Source: Botryllus schlosseri
Taxonomy: Eukaryota
DNA: 64,000 nucleotides
Assembly (NCBI GenBank): GCA_051294905.1
Contig: CM119371.1
Location: 9,610,001 to 9,674,000 of the forward strand
Direction of reading: 5' to 3'
Positions 63,180 through 64,000 of this stretch are shown here, one piece after another. The notes beneath the pieces were generated by a model that saw only the letters and a list, made by a program, of their open reading frames with translations, ran no database searches and was not told the origin of the DNA. Numbering within the stretch: position 1 is the first letter of the stretch; the number at the start of each line of letters is the position of its first letter. The position numbers and the translations under genes were made by a program.

Positions 63180-64000
63180 GCCATGAAAATGGGCGATTGG
63201 GGGCGCTAGATATAAAATGGGGCAGTGGGTGGACGCTGAAAGCAAATTGGGGCGGGTAGGTTTAGAGGTCAACTGCTGAATAGTGTTGAAACGACTGATG
63301 AACAAAGCAACCAATTCGCAGTAACAATGCAGAATCGATTCAGTCAGGGCAATTTAGGGCCCTCCGTCTATGCATTCTGTTGTATTGGAAAAGTCCATTG
63401 TCACTTGACAATGTCGATCCTACCCATCAATGGGCTAATTTAGCAGTTCTCAATATATCCCGGACCTGTGTGGTTCATTGTGTGCTGTGAGAACAACGAA
63501 GTATTTGAGGAGTTCTTGCTCATTGGACTTTTCAGGAGATACTGCCTTTCGTTAATTTATTGTCTTTTTCAAACGATTGCGGATTTTCCACTGTACTCCA
63601 ACCAAGGCCTTCGACACGGCGTTCTGGTTGCGACATACGATATCGCTTCTACCTGACCTGCATATTCTCCAAAATTTATGAATAGAATATATCCGTTCTG
63701 TGTAATGATGAAACCTGATAAAGGTGAAAATGGTACTCTCCGGATTCAGTGATACGCCCGTGATATTTCACCGAAATTTTGCGACACTAGAACTGTTTCA
63801 ATTCTCAAGATTGCGTGAGTTAAACCTGTACAGCTCTAGTACCCGATTGTGTTGGAGGAACAAAAGACAACATCTCTGAAAAATGCACGAGTGTATAGTG
63901 ATTTCATTCCAGGACATATTCCAATTAAAAATCCCTCACTGAATAATCAATCTGTTCTGTGAAGTTCCCGAACATCGTATTGTAGAACAATTTGGAGCTC
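63180..64000 (+). mobile_element. Diverged copy of the 39931-41268 family, running off the window
   Basis: Collinear similarity to about 40000-40880. Confidence 0.75.

Noticed and set aside
690-63656. The many remaining 60-120-aa ORFs in the track
   Set aside because: They mostly overlap MITEs or are antisense to TE genes, and show no recognisable domains.

Overview
Eukaryotic (animal, probably invertebrate; species not identifiable from sequence), AT-rich window made almost entirely of nested transposable elements. The only host-type coding region is a tandem C2H2 zinc-finger array on the minus strand (about 3.5-5.6 kb: 24 fingers, unusual AGVKNHE linker, a 7-nt frameshifting deletion in finger 17). 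The main TE content is: (i) a compact 4,166-bp Ty3/Gypsy LTR retrotransposon with identical 134-bp LTRs, a 5-bp TSD and a GGGAAAC -1 frameshift signal, inserted in a DD35D pogo transposase; (ii) a CR1/L2-group LINE 3' end split by an 8.9-kb hAT element, which itself holds a P/Galileo-like element with two convergent coding regions; (iii) a Penelope-like RT/GIY-YIG element split by hAT elements; (iv) a THAP-P transposase pseudogene split inside its THAP domain; (v) a tRNA-derived SINE; (vi) many hAT MITEs with verifiable 8-bp TSDs and Galileo-like foldback elements with 7-bp TSDs. The most unusual signal is the Gypsy primer-binding site: instead of TGG it reads AGCTATCGCGGC, the exact complement of a tRNA-like 5' end (GCCGCGA-UA-GCU), suggesting priming by a 5' tRNA fragment. 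Other highlights are the two-gene P-like element, the minisatellite-like ZNF array and a 3' stem-loop shared by the SINE and the LINE. All calls come from manual reading and motif recognition; no database searches were run, and boundaries without a stated TSD are approximate.
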